A stretch of 64,000 bases of DNA from Octopus sinensis (Eukaryota). Positions 36,560 through 55,007 of this stretch are shown here, one piece after another (position 1 is the stretch's first letter; each line of letters opens with the position of its first letter). Below the pieces are notes generated by a model, which worked only from the letters and a program-made list of their open reading frames with translations, was not told the DNA's origin and searched no databases. Made by a program: the position numbers and the translations under genes. The stretch lies in the NCBI RefSeq assembly GCF_006345805.1, contig NW_021825821.1, positions 310,001 to 374,000 of the forward strand, given 5' to 3'.

Positions 36560-37250
36560 AGAACATGAGATTGATACTATGCAAATTATATGAACTTTCA
36601 ATGTTTTGAAACAAAAAATCCTTTGAATGGTTTGATTTTTATCAGAGCTGTTCGATTATATGGACTATACTACATGAAACAAATGGGATTTTTAAATGAA
36701 TTGCCACTCTTCATTAACTATGGATCAACAAATTCTTTAGAATGGAAATTATTATTCACAATGAATTAAATGTAAAGCAACTGAAATTCCGCTATCAACT
36801 TTGTCGCGAGCCGAGAGTGAAACAGAGCCGATGGTGGAATTATGAAACGTTTTATAACACTGATAGCCGTCATAAGTTCCCATAAAATAATAATCCACGT
36901 TAAAATAATTACGTTGACATATCATGATGTTTGTTAAAAATGATTCAGCTTACAAATTACTAAATCCATCTTTGAAAGGCAAGACGTGAATATTGCGAAA
37001 GTTAGAAAGTTACGACTAAAAAAAAACTGTAATTTTTATCCATATTGACGGAAAGCTATATTTGCGAAATACTAATCGATTCCACAAGCTTTCTACAGTT
37101 TTAACAAACACAAAAAAAATAAAAATCATTTCCCAACAAAATCCACAAAAAACCATCGTTTTTGTATTCAAGCGAAACATCATTTGTCAAGTCGTAAGTG
37201 AGTGCAATATGTGAAAATTTACTGTGCCACTGAAACAGTATGACGATTCG
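36560..37250 (+). mobile_element. Possible piggyBac transposase remnant
   Basis: MDQQI and R..RWW..FY-like segments plus a downstream Cys-containing stretch; heavily degraded. Confidence 0.35.
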
Positions 37251-37329
37251 AGCCATATTGTCTCTGATTCACCTAATGAAAGGTTAAGTTGATTATCTTA
37301 AAAAGTTTAAAGTTTATTAGTTATTGTAG

Positions 37330-38230
37330 ATTTGAGAACCAAAATGATCATTTTTTGTTATTGTCTGTAGTAGACATTTAAAATATGCATTCACCAGGAA
37401 CCAACTGAACACTAGTGGAAGAAAAATACTCAACGAATTAGAAAAAATTTTTAAGGATGATAGGCTTTGTAAATGCTTGTAATTAGAAAATGGCACAGAG
37501 TTCAAAAATGACAATATTAAAAAACTTTGTCAAGAGTACAAAATGATTCAAATTTACGGACGACCCCACAATCCACAGAGACAATAAATTTTTGAAAGAT
37601 TCAATCAGATGATCTATCAAAAATGATGGCTTAGGTGACAAAAAAAGTAGATAAAGAACACTCGAAGGGCTGTGTTTTATACAATCAAACGCCCCTTATC
37701 CAGAGGTAAATTTGTGCTTTTATTTTTTTTGGTTTTAGTCCATTTCAGAGATATTGAAGAATTCCGGGCTACAACACCATTAAGAAAAAAACTCTAACAG
37801 AGACAGAAAATGAGGAAAACCTGAAAGTGAATAATATTGGGGAATCAACAGAGTCAGACTGCAAAAACAGCCCCAAAACATCTAGTAGAGCTTTATAATT
37901 TTATAAAAGATGATTATAAATTAAATTTTCCTTGAGTAGACTTGAATTCTCCTTATTATAAAAGGATGAATTAAAAGATGGGAGTAAATTGATTGAAATA
38001 TGAATATAACAAAAGAGGATAGTGTATTCAATTTATAATTACTTAAAAGATTTGTATTCAGAAGCACTATGTGACTAATCCTTAACTACGTCTGGAAAGA
38101 TTTGACAAAACCTACGGAGATGCTGTCACTATTGTTGTAAAATTGTCCAACAATGTTGTGAACGTTAAGGATAGTAAGGGAATAATGAAGAAAATGCATT
38201 TTAAACGCTGTATAAAGATAATTAACAATA
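37330..38230 (+). mobile_element. Degenerate Ginger-like integrase remnant with intron-like segment
   Basis: ENGTEFKN..IYGRPHNPQ..ERFNQ; 33-nt GT-AG segment at 37706-37738 before SPFQ. Confidence 0.6.
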
Positions 38231-38269
38231 ATTAGTTAATGTTTACTAATGATCGGGGGTTCGAATCCT

Positions 38270-38640
38270 AAAGCTGCCTGTGCTGGAAGCTCCCATCTGG
38301 ATTGACAAGTAGCGACGTCATGGACATTTTATCACATACGGACTCCGGATGAAACGGATCTCCAGATGGGTCGTCGAGCTTCTTATCGTTTAATCAGTCC
38401 CAATACAATAAAAAGAAACGGGCAATAAATTTTGAACAAATCATACATTTTCTCAATTGGAGAATTAATTATTTAGTATTTAATTAGCAGCAGAGGATAA
38501 GATGGAATGGCAATTTCAACGCAAATAATTAACTTTCTTGTTCTCTCATGACCTTGAAAACTGTGTGTATGTCCCTCTGTCTTCGCGGAAGTGCTGTATT
38601 ATATATTTTCTGTAAAATAATTGATTATTTTATTCTTTGA
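38270..38640 (-). mobile_element. CRE-like fragments
   Basis: Family C-terminus (RGNCHSILSA-like) and a KKLDDPSG..HPESV..MST..SIQM segment. Confidence 0.45.
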
Positions 38641-38874
38641 CAATGATTGACATTGATTTCAGCTGTCATGGTTTTACCCTCGACTCGGCTTCATTTTCGG
38701 GTTGTGATAAACATAAAGATAGTATCCACTCTCACTGGCCTTTAATAAAAAATGACAAGAAACCTCCCTTAGTACCTCATTATATTAACAAATAATACAA
38801 TAATTCCCGTAAAAATCATAAAAAAGCTTGAAAGTAAATAAGTACTCAATATTTACAAAATTAATAACTACACA

Positions 38875-40856
38875 TTATTTTTCTCGTGCCATCTCGAATA
38901 AAACTCGAAGCCGATTCACTAGTCTCTTAAACATAAATGTTTAAATAAACCGATCTGACGTCGATTTGGAGAATTTTTCTGAAACTGTCGAAATCAAACG
39001 ACTCGTCATATGTCAGCAGTGCACCATTTATTCCATTCTGGCTAAGAAACGGAACATGTTTCTGAAATCCTTCAGAACTCAGCCAAGAAGCCACAGAATC
39101 CGCCGACCAGCACTCCGTCGGAGAGTCACGAAATGATTTAGAAAATTCCTCATCTAATCGCATCCGAGAGAAGGAAAATTTCTCCAAAAGAATAATGGAA
39201 CAAAAAATGGACCGACTGTGTCTAAACAGTTTAACTGAACAACCGGTGAAGGTCAGTATGGACTGATAATGGCTGGAAGAGGGCAATATTCTCTCTAAGG
39301 ACGCCCAACAGTCTTCCATCAATCAAATTATGGCGGAAAATATGCATATATTGAGAGAGTCCGATGTAATTAAGCCACACGTCACAGACCCACTGATGGT
39401 TGAAGAGTCCCTCAATCGACTCCTTTAAGTAATAACCAGAATAATAAACCGAAGGAGCACCCCCGGAAGAGGAAAATGCAATGTAAGCCCTCAACTCAGT
39501 TACGGCATTTAAAATTTTCAATCGGTGGAAAGAATTGTTCATTTGGAAGGATTTTTGCAACTTTGAATCGGACAGCTCACATAAAACTTGCCCATCCACC
39601 TTCCCAACGAAAGAACTGATGATTGAAGTGGGAAACCCAACCCAGTTCTACATCAAACTCCAACAAATACTTGCAGCCATACATAAACAAGATCTGCACT
39701 CCACGTTTCCAATGCTTTTTTGTTCAAAATGTTTTCTTTGACAAGTTTGAGGCTAAAATAAATCAAAAGTCAAACTTTCGTTTTAAAATATGTCCAAATT
39801 CCTTTTTTAACGTGGTGACACTCTCATTTGTCGCTAAATTGGTTTCAGACTTTGCCAATTTCATTTTCCTCTGCATGATTATATTCAGTTTAGACTGCAT
39901 CGCCTTCTTGAAGCCTTTCAGAGATGATTTTTTCCGTCTATCTCAAAATAAAAATTTCACTTTTTGGTTTTTTCGTCACTTTCAACCTCTTCTGACTGAT
40001 ATACGGGCACGGGATCCTCTCCGCTGCTCGAGGAAGAACAGACTTGCTTGTCAGTGCCTGGATTGTTAAGTCCTGAGGACACAGATCGAGTCTGTCTGAG
40101 CCCGACAATCGTTTTTGATAAATCACAGCACCGATTTTGCAAAAGAGCTTCAATTTTCTGGGAATTTTGCAGTTTCCTTTCAAGTTCTTCCACTTTTCCA
40201 CAATCCGTCTGCCCAACTTGAGCAACATCAGGGGCATTGAAGAGTTCCTCTCTCAGTCTAAACGCTTCCTCGTTCAACAACTCTACTTCATTCTCCAAAA
40301 CTGCCACCCGAGTCTTTAAACACTCTTCAGAAATGGACTAAAATGCAAGATCACAAAATACACAAAATTCAGGATCCTCTTGAGGGCGAAAGAGGGACTG
40401 AACTGCCTCAACGGCCTCTCTCAACTGATTCAACTTGTCTGAAGTGCGGCTACAATAAAGGGCAGATTCAATATGGTTCATAACAACTCGCATATTATAC
40501 AATTCCGCGGAAAGTAGTTGAATTTCCCGTGTAAAAACAGCATTATCGACCCGTGTTTGTATGTATTTAAAAAGTTGAGTGCAATATACTTCTTGTGTTC
40601 CAAAACTGAGTGTTTTTAATTGCAATTCAAGTTGTTCGATTTCGCTATTTTTTCGATTGATTTTAGAAAGGAGAGACGAATTGGTTTCTTTTAACTGATT
40701 TATGGTTTCAATGTGGAGGTCCCTCTCTTCAATGAGAGATACGACCAAGGGATCAAATTCAGTTTGGTTTATGGAATTGTTTCCTTGGTTTTCTTGCTCG
40801 TCGTCCTCTTCAATTTCCATAATTGAAGATAATTGCTTTTTTCCTTGATTAAACAT
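38875..40856 (-). CDS. PPFIA: Compact liprin-alpha-like scaffold (coiled coil plus three SAM domains)
   Basis: N-terminal LIEERD coiled coil. SAM1 WSADLVYVWLQ|NWVGFP..LSDS..FHRLKI, SAM2 NHQWVCDVWL..IGLSQY..IDGRLL, SAM3 WSADSVASWL..GALLTYDESFD. Confidence 0.85.
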
Positions 40857-41121
40857 TCTGAATAATTAATTACTTGAAATTAACTTTCAGTTTATTTTAT
40901 TTATATCAAAAAAGTTTCTGAGAAATTGGGAAATGTAGATAACCAACAACAAAGCTGTATGAATTGAAGAAATAAACAAAAAGTTAGCAAGTCACACCTT
41001 TAATCTACCGGTTTAAAACTATTTATTTAAATTATATTTATTATGAATTTATAATTAATTCAATAAAGTATTCATATAAATAACGTCAGCATGTTATGAT
41101 TTTTTATTTAATTCCGCAGTA

Positions 41122-43529
41122 ATGTTTGAAGATTTTTTTATCAATAATGCATTAAAGCTACTTAAAAGCGAAAAGTCTCACGACAAATTAAAAGGAGCAA
41201 AGGAAATAGAACTGTAAACCCACCCATATCCATTCTAGTGTTATACATAAAATTTCACCCGGCCATGACGGGCCAGTAAAAGAGATAATAAATAGTTTGT
41301 TAGAGCTGATAGACTCAAGAATCGCAAATCTTCGTGTTGGGGGACTAGTTGGTTTATCCGCTACCGTAATTGCCCTGAATAAGGTATTTCCTGTTGGTTA
41401 TATTTGTAGAGATCCACAGAGTTCTTAGACCTTTTACTTCCTTTGATAATCCCTTGCATTAACTTTGATGATAGCCGCGTACGACTTTACGCCTGCGAGA
41501 CTCTCACCAATCTTGCTAATTTTGCTCAGCAGGCGACAATGCCATATTTTGACATAATTTTCTTGAGTCTTTACAAGGTTGGTGGATGCTTTGTTTATAC
41601 AGATTTCAAACGATCCCGACAACTCCGTGATCAATGCTTTCGTTGTTTTGGACAGACTGATCAAAGTGACTTCATTACCTCTATTCTAGGACATTGTCAT
41701 GGCTAATGGATGTACTGGAATGGATAAGTTTTTACCAAATATGAAGGGCTACATGTATCCGGTGAATCCTTCTACGTGTCTTTTTCTTGTTTCGTGGGTT
41801 TTCGTGGGTTTTTGACTTTGTAGCTTAATGTTTTTAATGAAGTGGCGGATTTGTATTTGGTGGACTATTTGTCGGATATTCTCGACGGGATTTTTGTATT
41901 GCTAGAAGTAAAGGAAACGGAAATTATTCTGCAGTAAAAAATTTATGGTTCGTTTTTTAAGAACGACTCGACTTTTGTCGAATTTGCTCGCCTCTGTTGA
42001 AGCGAGGAACCCATCGATCGACATTGAAATATGTGCTCAAATCATCATTAGAAGCGTTACTGATCAAAGTATTCAATAACAATCACATTTCAGGGCGGCG
42101 AATAAAGGAGGTCGGAATCAACTGGCTCTACTCGTTTCTACAACTTTCTGGAAATGAAAAAATGATTGGAATGTCCTCTCAGATATTTGAGGCTCTCATT
42201 TCTTGCATCATTCCCGACTCCAATGACGACTGTAATGTTATGAATTGATGTATTTAGCTGTGATTGAATGTGCAGGAAAATGCTTGGAATTGCTTGTTCT
42301 GCTTGTCTCTACTCGTGGCGACTTTGTTGAGTTGACCTGTTTATTTAGTTTTTTAGTTCAGACGATTCTATTATCACGACAATGATCAGGTCGCTGGGGA
42401 CTGGGAATGTCCACATCAAAGCAGCCACTCTCAAGACTCTGATTATGTTTATTAAACACATTCCTAATAAGGTCGCACGCTTGGATTGATTTTAAGATTA
42501 TTTACAGACACGAGTCACTCTTTACTGCCATTTTTGTCATTTTTGAGAACATTGTTCCCTCAGAAGACGCGGTGGAAATTGTAAAATAATCATTTTTTGT
42601 TGAAAGGATTCTTTTTCGATTGCTTTGGCCTTTGATTTGATCCATTCAATAGTTGCTATTGAGGAAGTTCAGCAATTTCCAGAGTCTTCAAACTACGAGT
42701 CTCAGAAATGGTGGGTAGAACTCTCTTCCAATCATGCCTTTTCTCCTTTATTCAACATTTTTATATTTCGATCTGTGGAATGGTTTAAATGGAGGAACTC
42801 CCAAGACGAAGTTGCTTCTGTTGTGATGTACAGATAATATATTACATATAGTGAATTGGCCAAACGAATCGATCCTTCAAAAGTTTACACTGCTCTTGCA
42901 ACCGTCCTCTTATATGAGGAAAATGTCGCGTTTATTGCAAGATCTGTCAGAGTCCTTAACCTTGTCATGATGACGAGTTTTACTTTCTCTTCAATGCGGT
43001 CATGTCTGAGGGTATTTAATGATCAGGTTGATTTGTTAAGCCATTTACTAGTGTGCCTATTCGCTATTTGTGACCCTTTATAGGACATGGGTTCACAATC
43101 CAGTCTCATTGGTCTCGCTCTGCTTTCTTACGAGGAATTACCAACACGCTTTATTCCTTGTGGAGTCCATGTTTGTCTGCTGATTGTCATTTAGTGCTTT
43201 CATGGAAATCGATTTGGAGTTTCTTTTAGACGTCGACAAACTTGTCCAATTAATTGAATTGCCTGTGTTTGCATGTAAGGAGTGTGTAGATTGTAATTCG
43301 TATAGACCTTAGGCTTAAATTGGTCGAGTCTTGTAGAAATGGACCTCTTCTGAAATGTCTCTACGGTTTGTTGATGTTGATGCCACAAACAAAATCTTTT
43401 GATACTCTTTACAGGAGATTGCAGTGTGTCCCACAGAATATGTCTTCAGATGTTCCTGGTAGCGTTGATTCTGTGGAGATTGACTTTGACCAGCTAAAAA
43501 AACATTTTCTAAAAATTAACGGACTTTAG
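41122..43529 (+). CDS. VAC14: PIKfyve-complex scaffold VAC14, many micro-introns
   Basis: [28 protein letters not shown]|[29 protein letters not shown]|LR and [20 protein letters not shown]. Confidence 0.93.
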
Positions 43530-43799
43530 CTCTATTTTTTTCGAGAGTTCATATTTCATAAGAAATAGTTTTTCTGATGTAAATGTAGCGAGTAGTTTTG
43601 AATTTAAATTCAATACTTAGAAATCCCATATGAAAGAAAATCCCTATTGCTTGTAGCCCCAGAAACATCGTCCTTGGGAGACCTGAGTTGACTCTCAATG
43701 CAAAGAATTGGGAATATAATATTGTATTTGATTTTCTGTATCGGTAAAATTTTATTCCAGTTAGCTTTACAAATTTTTTTGTCAGCAATCGTTCAGAGA

Positions 43800-45685
43800 A
43801 CAGGCAAACACTATCATGATTCACTATGCGAAAATCAGTCACATGGGGATGGACAAAGATAACCGATGCCGAAAACTCAAACTTAACAAAAACTTCCCCT
43901 CTCCAGAAATCACAATATCAACTTCTGAAATAAGTCAACTTATCGAGAACGCTAAGAATTCTCACGCCTGTGGACCGGATGGTCTTTCCATATACCATTT
44001 GAAAAACCTTGGCCAAAATGGGTTAAATGCTCTGACAGATATCTTCAAAACTTCGCTAAACTCAGGTCTAATACCCATGGTCTGGAAAAAATCTATTATC
44101 ATTCCAATTCTGAAGCCCAACAAAGACCCCTGCGACCCCGCTTCGTTCAGGCCAATCTCACTCATCTCTGTCCTATCAAAAATCCTCGAAAAATTTGTCC
44201 TGAAATCAATCTACCCTTCCCTCACTCTATCAAAGTCCAACATGGCTTCCGTCCGCAGCACTCAACAACTACACACCTATCTTATCTAACAAGATTCATT
44301 GCAGACGGATTTAATAACTACTCCCCTCCCCATCGAACAATCCTGGCCTCAATTGATATCAGTAAGGCTTTTGACCGGACTTCACGACATGTCCTGAGCT
44401 CAAAAATTCACTCTTCTCCTATTCCCCATCATCTGAAAATCTGGTTGTGTAGCTTCTTATCTGGTAGACTGGCTCAGACAAAATTCGGGTCAAAAAACTC
44501 TCTGTTTCGCTACTTACCTAATGGGGTCCCTCAGGGCTCCTGTCTCTCTCCAGCCCTCTTCAATCTACACCTCAGTGATATGCCTACTAATTCGGAAACA
44601 CTACTCCTCTCGTACGCTGACGACATAGTGATTGCTTCAAGAAACAATTCCATCGAAGCTGCAACAAACTCACTCCAAACTCATCTAGACTCTCTGACCA
44701 AATGGCTAGGATCTAACCATATGACTCCTTCTGCGTCCAAATCGTCCATCACTGTTTTTACATTTGATAAAAGACAATTCAACCTAAACCCAGTCCTCTA
44801 TGTGGCCGGTGAAATAATTCCTGTCATAAAAAACCCGAAAATCCTTGGAGTCGTATTCGATCAATGCCTATCTTTCACGCAACACGTGGAGCTCATTTCC
44901 ACCAAAGCCAAACGAAAACTGAATGCACTACGTGCCTTATCTGGACAAACTTACGGCCAAGCCAAAGAATGCCTCACTTTGGTTTACAAACAATTTGTCA
45001 GAACATCAATGAACTATGCTAGTCCGGCATGGTCATGAAACTTGTCTTATTCAAACCTCCAAAAACTCCAAAGAATCCAAAACTCAGGCCTACGCACAAT
45101 AACTGGCTGCCTTGCATCCACTCCCATCGATCATCTTCATTGGGAATCTTGTATCCTTCCGGTCGATGACCATTTGACGATGAGAGGACTCCAATTCCTA
45201 CAGGAAATACAAGACTCTTCTCATCCAAGTCACAATATCTCTATTCCAGAAAACAAAAGACACATCATTTCTACTCTGGCCGATCAATGTAGATGTCTAT
45301 CAAAAATACTCTCAACCAATAATGGGAAAACTGCGAATAAACTAATCCATGACTACATCTCCACTCGTGCTATCAGGATGCTCAAAAACAACAAACTTCT
45401 CAACTCTCCCCCCCCCGCCGGTCCACTCCTCAGAGCAATCACTCGGCAGATATTTCCATGTCCAGCTTGCTCAGATTCGCTCGGGACATCATCCACTGAT
45501 TTTCGAAACATACCGTTCCTTCACCCCCGAAGACCTCTTCCCCTGTCCTGGACCGCCTCACTTGTCTCCGCCTATTGGGATTCGGGATCTCTGGGAGCGT
45601 CCGATCTTCGCGTCTCGCTACCTGATCGCAGCCGGCTTCCTACGTGTTAGTGAAACCGGGGTAACATAACTAACTAACTAATAAC
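43800..45685 (+). mobile_element. 5'-truncated jockey-like non-LTR RT element, disrupted, with (TAAC)n tail
   Basis: GPDGLS, FRPISLISVLSKILEK, DISKAFD, GVPQGSCLSP, YADD and LGVVFD; ends gtaacataactaactaac. Confidence 0.9.
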
Positions 45686-45860
45686 TCTACAATTAATTAA
45701 ATTACTGTTAGTTTTTTAATTTTATGTATTCAATGTCGTAGGTCTTATCTTTCAAAGTTGCATGTGTGAATAAATTGAAGTTTATTATCACATTGCGGTA
45801 TTTATTTGCGTGGTTCAATTAATTATTAACAAAAATTCAAAATTGAAATATTCAAATAAA

Positions 45861-46669
45861 TCAAGTAAACATGAGAACATACTTCACATATTTAAGGAGC
45901 AGACAACTTGCAATTAATCCAAAAACCTTGAAAATAATCACAATACAATAACGTGAATTATAATCGCCAAACTCCCCAGGAAAGGCCAATTGGGAATAAA
46001 GCAGTGATATTTCATTTCGATCATAGGAACACATCCCTAAACACCAATTCCGAACAGAATTTACGATATATGACTCATTTTCCGTACAGTTCTTACCGTC
46101 TGACGGCTGAGGACAACAACTGCCAGGAATTTCAATTCCAGAGACGACATAGTCTACCACTCCATCGGCTCCACAGCATTTCAGCTAAACTTTCCGACCT
46201 TGAAATACCTCTCTCTGTACGCGGTCCACATTTAAGGCCTCCGTTTTGATTGCCTTTTTGATGAGGGTGGACACAGTCTGGACGGCCTGTTAGTGAATAT
46301 TAAAATTATAACTGATTGTTGGTGGAAGATCAAGACCAGGACGTATATGCACAAAAGGACAGTTGAAATAAGTAGGACGAAAAGAAAGCACTTCTGAATG
46401 TCACGAGTGCTGATGAGTGCTGTTATCAGGCCAAATAGGCCACAAAGGAGCATAATAAGTCCCATTATTGCAGATGCCACCGCATATGGAGTGATTAACG
46501 AGGGTTTGAATAATTTAGCCCAGTCGAGGTGCACTAATTTAATCTGAGAATTTGCAATTTTGAAAAAAAAGCCAGCCATGATCTAAGTTAAATATAGTCG
46601 TGTGAATTAGACAATTATTAGCATTGAATTGAACATGGCGAATACTTTGACGTAGTTGTCCTTGACCAT
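45861..46669 (-). CDS. TSPAN: Tetraspanin, multi-exon; start approximate
   Basis: Four hydrophobic segments. The large loop has LKCCGADG, IPGSCC and |GCV, joined through micro-introns. Confidence 0.8.
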
Positions 46670-47385
46670 TACAGAGTACAAGATTCTCAACTAAAATTTC
46701 ATCACTTATTAGAATTTATTGTTTACATCTGGGTAGATATTAAAATAATATAAAAATATTAAACTAATTTAAAACCCATTTTTTAGAAAAATTAAATAAT
46801 TTACATTGTAATCTGTGATGAATCTGAATTTGTCCGAATCTGAATTCCTAACCCCCCTAAACTCATTTCTATTCATAAATACGTCTTGTTTCTCATTTAA
46901 AATATTAACTAAACAAGCTCATTGTGACTGAGATTTAAAAAATCTCAAAATTGCAATTTTTAGAGGATGAACAAAAGTTTGATTTTCATTGAAAAAATAA
47001 GTTTAAAATAATATTGGTAATTGTTTCGTCATCACAGATTAAGGGACAAAGAGGTGCTATTGTGAAGTAAGAAATCAATAGTTTTTTATTGAAACGTAAT
47101 AAACGTATTTTTAATAACACGATTCTACGTTAACCAGCAATGAACTGCAATTCACAAACATTTGAAACTTTAAAATCCGAGTTGATTAATGTCAGTTTAC
47201 AATTTTGCATTATAGCTCGAATATGACGAGGATAAACTCCGAGTTTTGTGCCGAAATAATCTAAGTTTGACTGTCCCAGAATGCCTGTTTATTTTGACCA
47301 ACGTCCACCTCAACTCGACCAAGATTCGAGCTTTAAATCTTGTGAAAAATTTAAGAATTTTTATCAGAAAACTCTCATTTTATAG

Positions 47386-47852
47386 AGATTGGAATCAATG
47401 TATCTGAGCGATGCCAAAAAACTGATCGACGTCTTCATTTGCGATAAGGACAAACTTACAGCTCTCCAATATATCCGAGGGTTGTTACTTTATAAGATTT
47501 TTAGATCCATAAAAAACTGTCAGGATGCCCAGGAAATAAAAGTCCAAATCTGCTCGACTTTTTCATATCCAAAAGATGGAGACATGGCTTTTGAACTATT
47601 ACATCAAGTCCACATTTGAAAATATATAATCAAAGGACATCAACTCAATGTTTGATCAAAAGTCGGCTGGGGGACATCAAAGATATGTGGTTATGGGGCA
47701 AGTCAATTCTCAAAGTTTTCCTTTAAAAAAGAATTTCTATGCACAATTTGATTCTCAAATGAAAGTTTTTGTTTATTTTATTGTAGAAACAAAACACATG
47801 TCATCGGACTGCTGTGGCGGGACTAGTCCCTTCCCGATATAACTCGTATTAA
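47386..47852 (+). CDS. C-terminal exons of a DUF4476/PROSER1-N-like protein; 5' part unclear
   Basis: LIDVFICDKDKLTALQYI..|SIKNCQD..FSY..D..AFELL. Three GT-AG micro-introns keep the frame. A hAT-like fragment lies just upstream. Confidence 0.4.
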
Positions 47853-48127
47853 ACAATAACACATCTTAACAAATACTTATTGATATAAACATATCTGTAC
47901 TAGTATTACTTTAAATATCAATATCTTTCATACTAATTACTCCACTTAGTCCATTGAATTTCTATAATTAAAAAAACTTAAAATCCATAAATGAGTTAAA
48001 TTTAAAAAATACACGTAAAGATTTCTAATGTTTAGAAAAGTATAACAACTGATTAATTTAAAATGTTAATAAAGTCATTTCATCATGAAATATTTAAATT
48101 CTTGTTTCAACTGAAATAAATAATAAA

Positions 48128-48716
48128 TTAAACCTTTTGAAGGTTAAACTCAGAAGATTTGGTGCCTGACATATTAGAATTGTTTAGAAGGATTTCACTA
48201 TCAAACTCCAATATAATTCCATTGAAAAGAAGTCCATCCAAAAGTAAAAGAACTTGTGCTATTTTGCTCAGAAGGGTCTCCTTCCTCACGTCATTGCAAA
48301 GCACGGAGAGCAGAGCCGAAAAGAAAGTATCCAAAACACCCGAAACCAACAGCTTTAATCACTCAAATAGCAACAAACAGCATTTTCGTTAATGTCAGAC
48401 ACAACAGCAAAGAGAAGGTCGTTTGAAGGCCTGAAGACGACGAAATAGTTGTCTTGAATCATTATTTCCGCTATTAATAAGAAGATAATGAATATACGGC
48501 CGGATAGCTCGTGATTCTTGACTATATCTTGCTCAAACCGTCGTTGTTCTTTATCAGTAGCAAATAATGAGGTGTAGTACTATTAAGGTGAAAAATGGTA
48601 ATAATAATGAATACTTTACTCAATATTCGTTCATTTGAATTCAAGTCCAAAATTAAAAACGCTTTAATGACGTTTAATGAAGGTTCCTAACTTTCAACCA
48701 TAAGGACAACAACCAT
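48128..48716 (-). CDS. COPZ1: Coatomer subunit zeta
   Basis: M|EPSLNVIKAFLILD..ILSK|YY..KEQRRFEQ..DL.F.V..ENA|LLV.GVL..GIILE.D. Confidence 0.9.
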
Positions 48717-49432
48717 TATTATTCGTGTTAATAAAATTTATTAAAATATAAATTTTATTTTTTAACTAATAAAATTAAGATTTATAAAATTTAAAATGTT
48801 ATTGTTTACCATTGTTTCACCCGTGCTGACCAGCTTGAGCTGAAATACTTGCTGCCTCTTCTGAACCATATTCAGGTTTGACACCTACTCTATTTCGTCA
48901 GTCGGGCTGTTTTTTTAATTACTTAGTTTGTATTTAACAAAAAATAAACTCGTAGAACTTTACTAAGTTACCTTAAGGTTAAAAAATTTTTATTACTTAA
49001 AAGAAAATTTTGGATATACGAAAATTAATTTTTCAGAAAAGCTGGAATTTATTGAGCTGACAGAACATAAAAACACAAATTGCCACATTCACTGAATTCC
49101 TGCAATTTGTTTCATTAAAAAATATTATCGTAGAATACAATTTTTGTGCTGAAAATATTATTTATTCTCCTAATCAATTTAACGAGAAATGCTAGAAAAT
49201 CAAATGACGGATAAATTTAATAAATTACTCAGATAGATGGTTTTTTTTCTTAACAGCCCTGAACTCTTAAATTTTTGAAATATACGACTGGATATACGCC
49301 ATAAATATATTTAATAATAATGAAATTATTTATTTAAATTAATCATGTGGAATGAATTTTAAATAGTAATCAAAATAAATTTCAATTCCCTTATTGTTTG
49401 TTATCCCGCAAATTTATTTATAATTAAGATAA

Positions 49433-54831
<5,399 letters not shown>

Positions 54832-55007
54832 ACTCTGTTTAGTTTTGTAATAAATACGTTATCCTTATTTTTAAATTATTCACCAATTATTTAAAATTTT
54901 AATTTAATTACGTTATCAATTTAATTTATTTGTTTGATACTTAATAAAACCAATTGTTTAAAAGCGCGAAAGTATAATAATTTGGTTTTAAGTATTGTTG
55001 TGGTCAC

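Noticed and set aside
40545-40590. Possible non-AG micro-intron in liprin (in-frame VYCTQLFKYIQ)
   Set aside because: The frame stays open without splicing and the region is too divergent to show that removal is needed.
45657-45685. Interstitial telomeric repeat (TTAG)n
   Set aside because: Only three to four units, tied to a retroelement 3' end; no evidence it is the telomere motif.
48830-48915. Pol III ncRNA ending in a T run between COPZ1 and GCN2
   Set aside because: No A/B boxes, cloverleaf or snRNA motif recognised.
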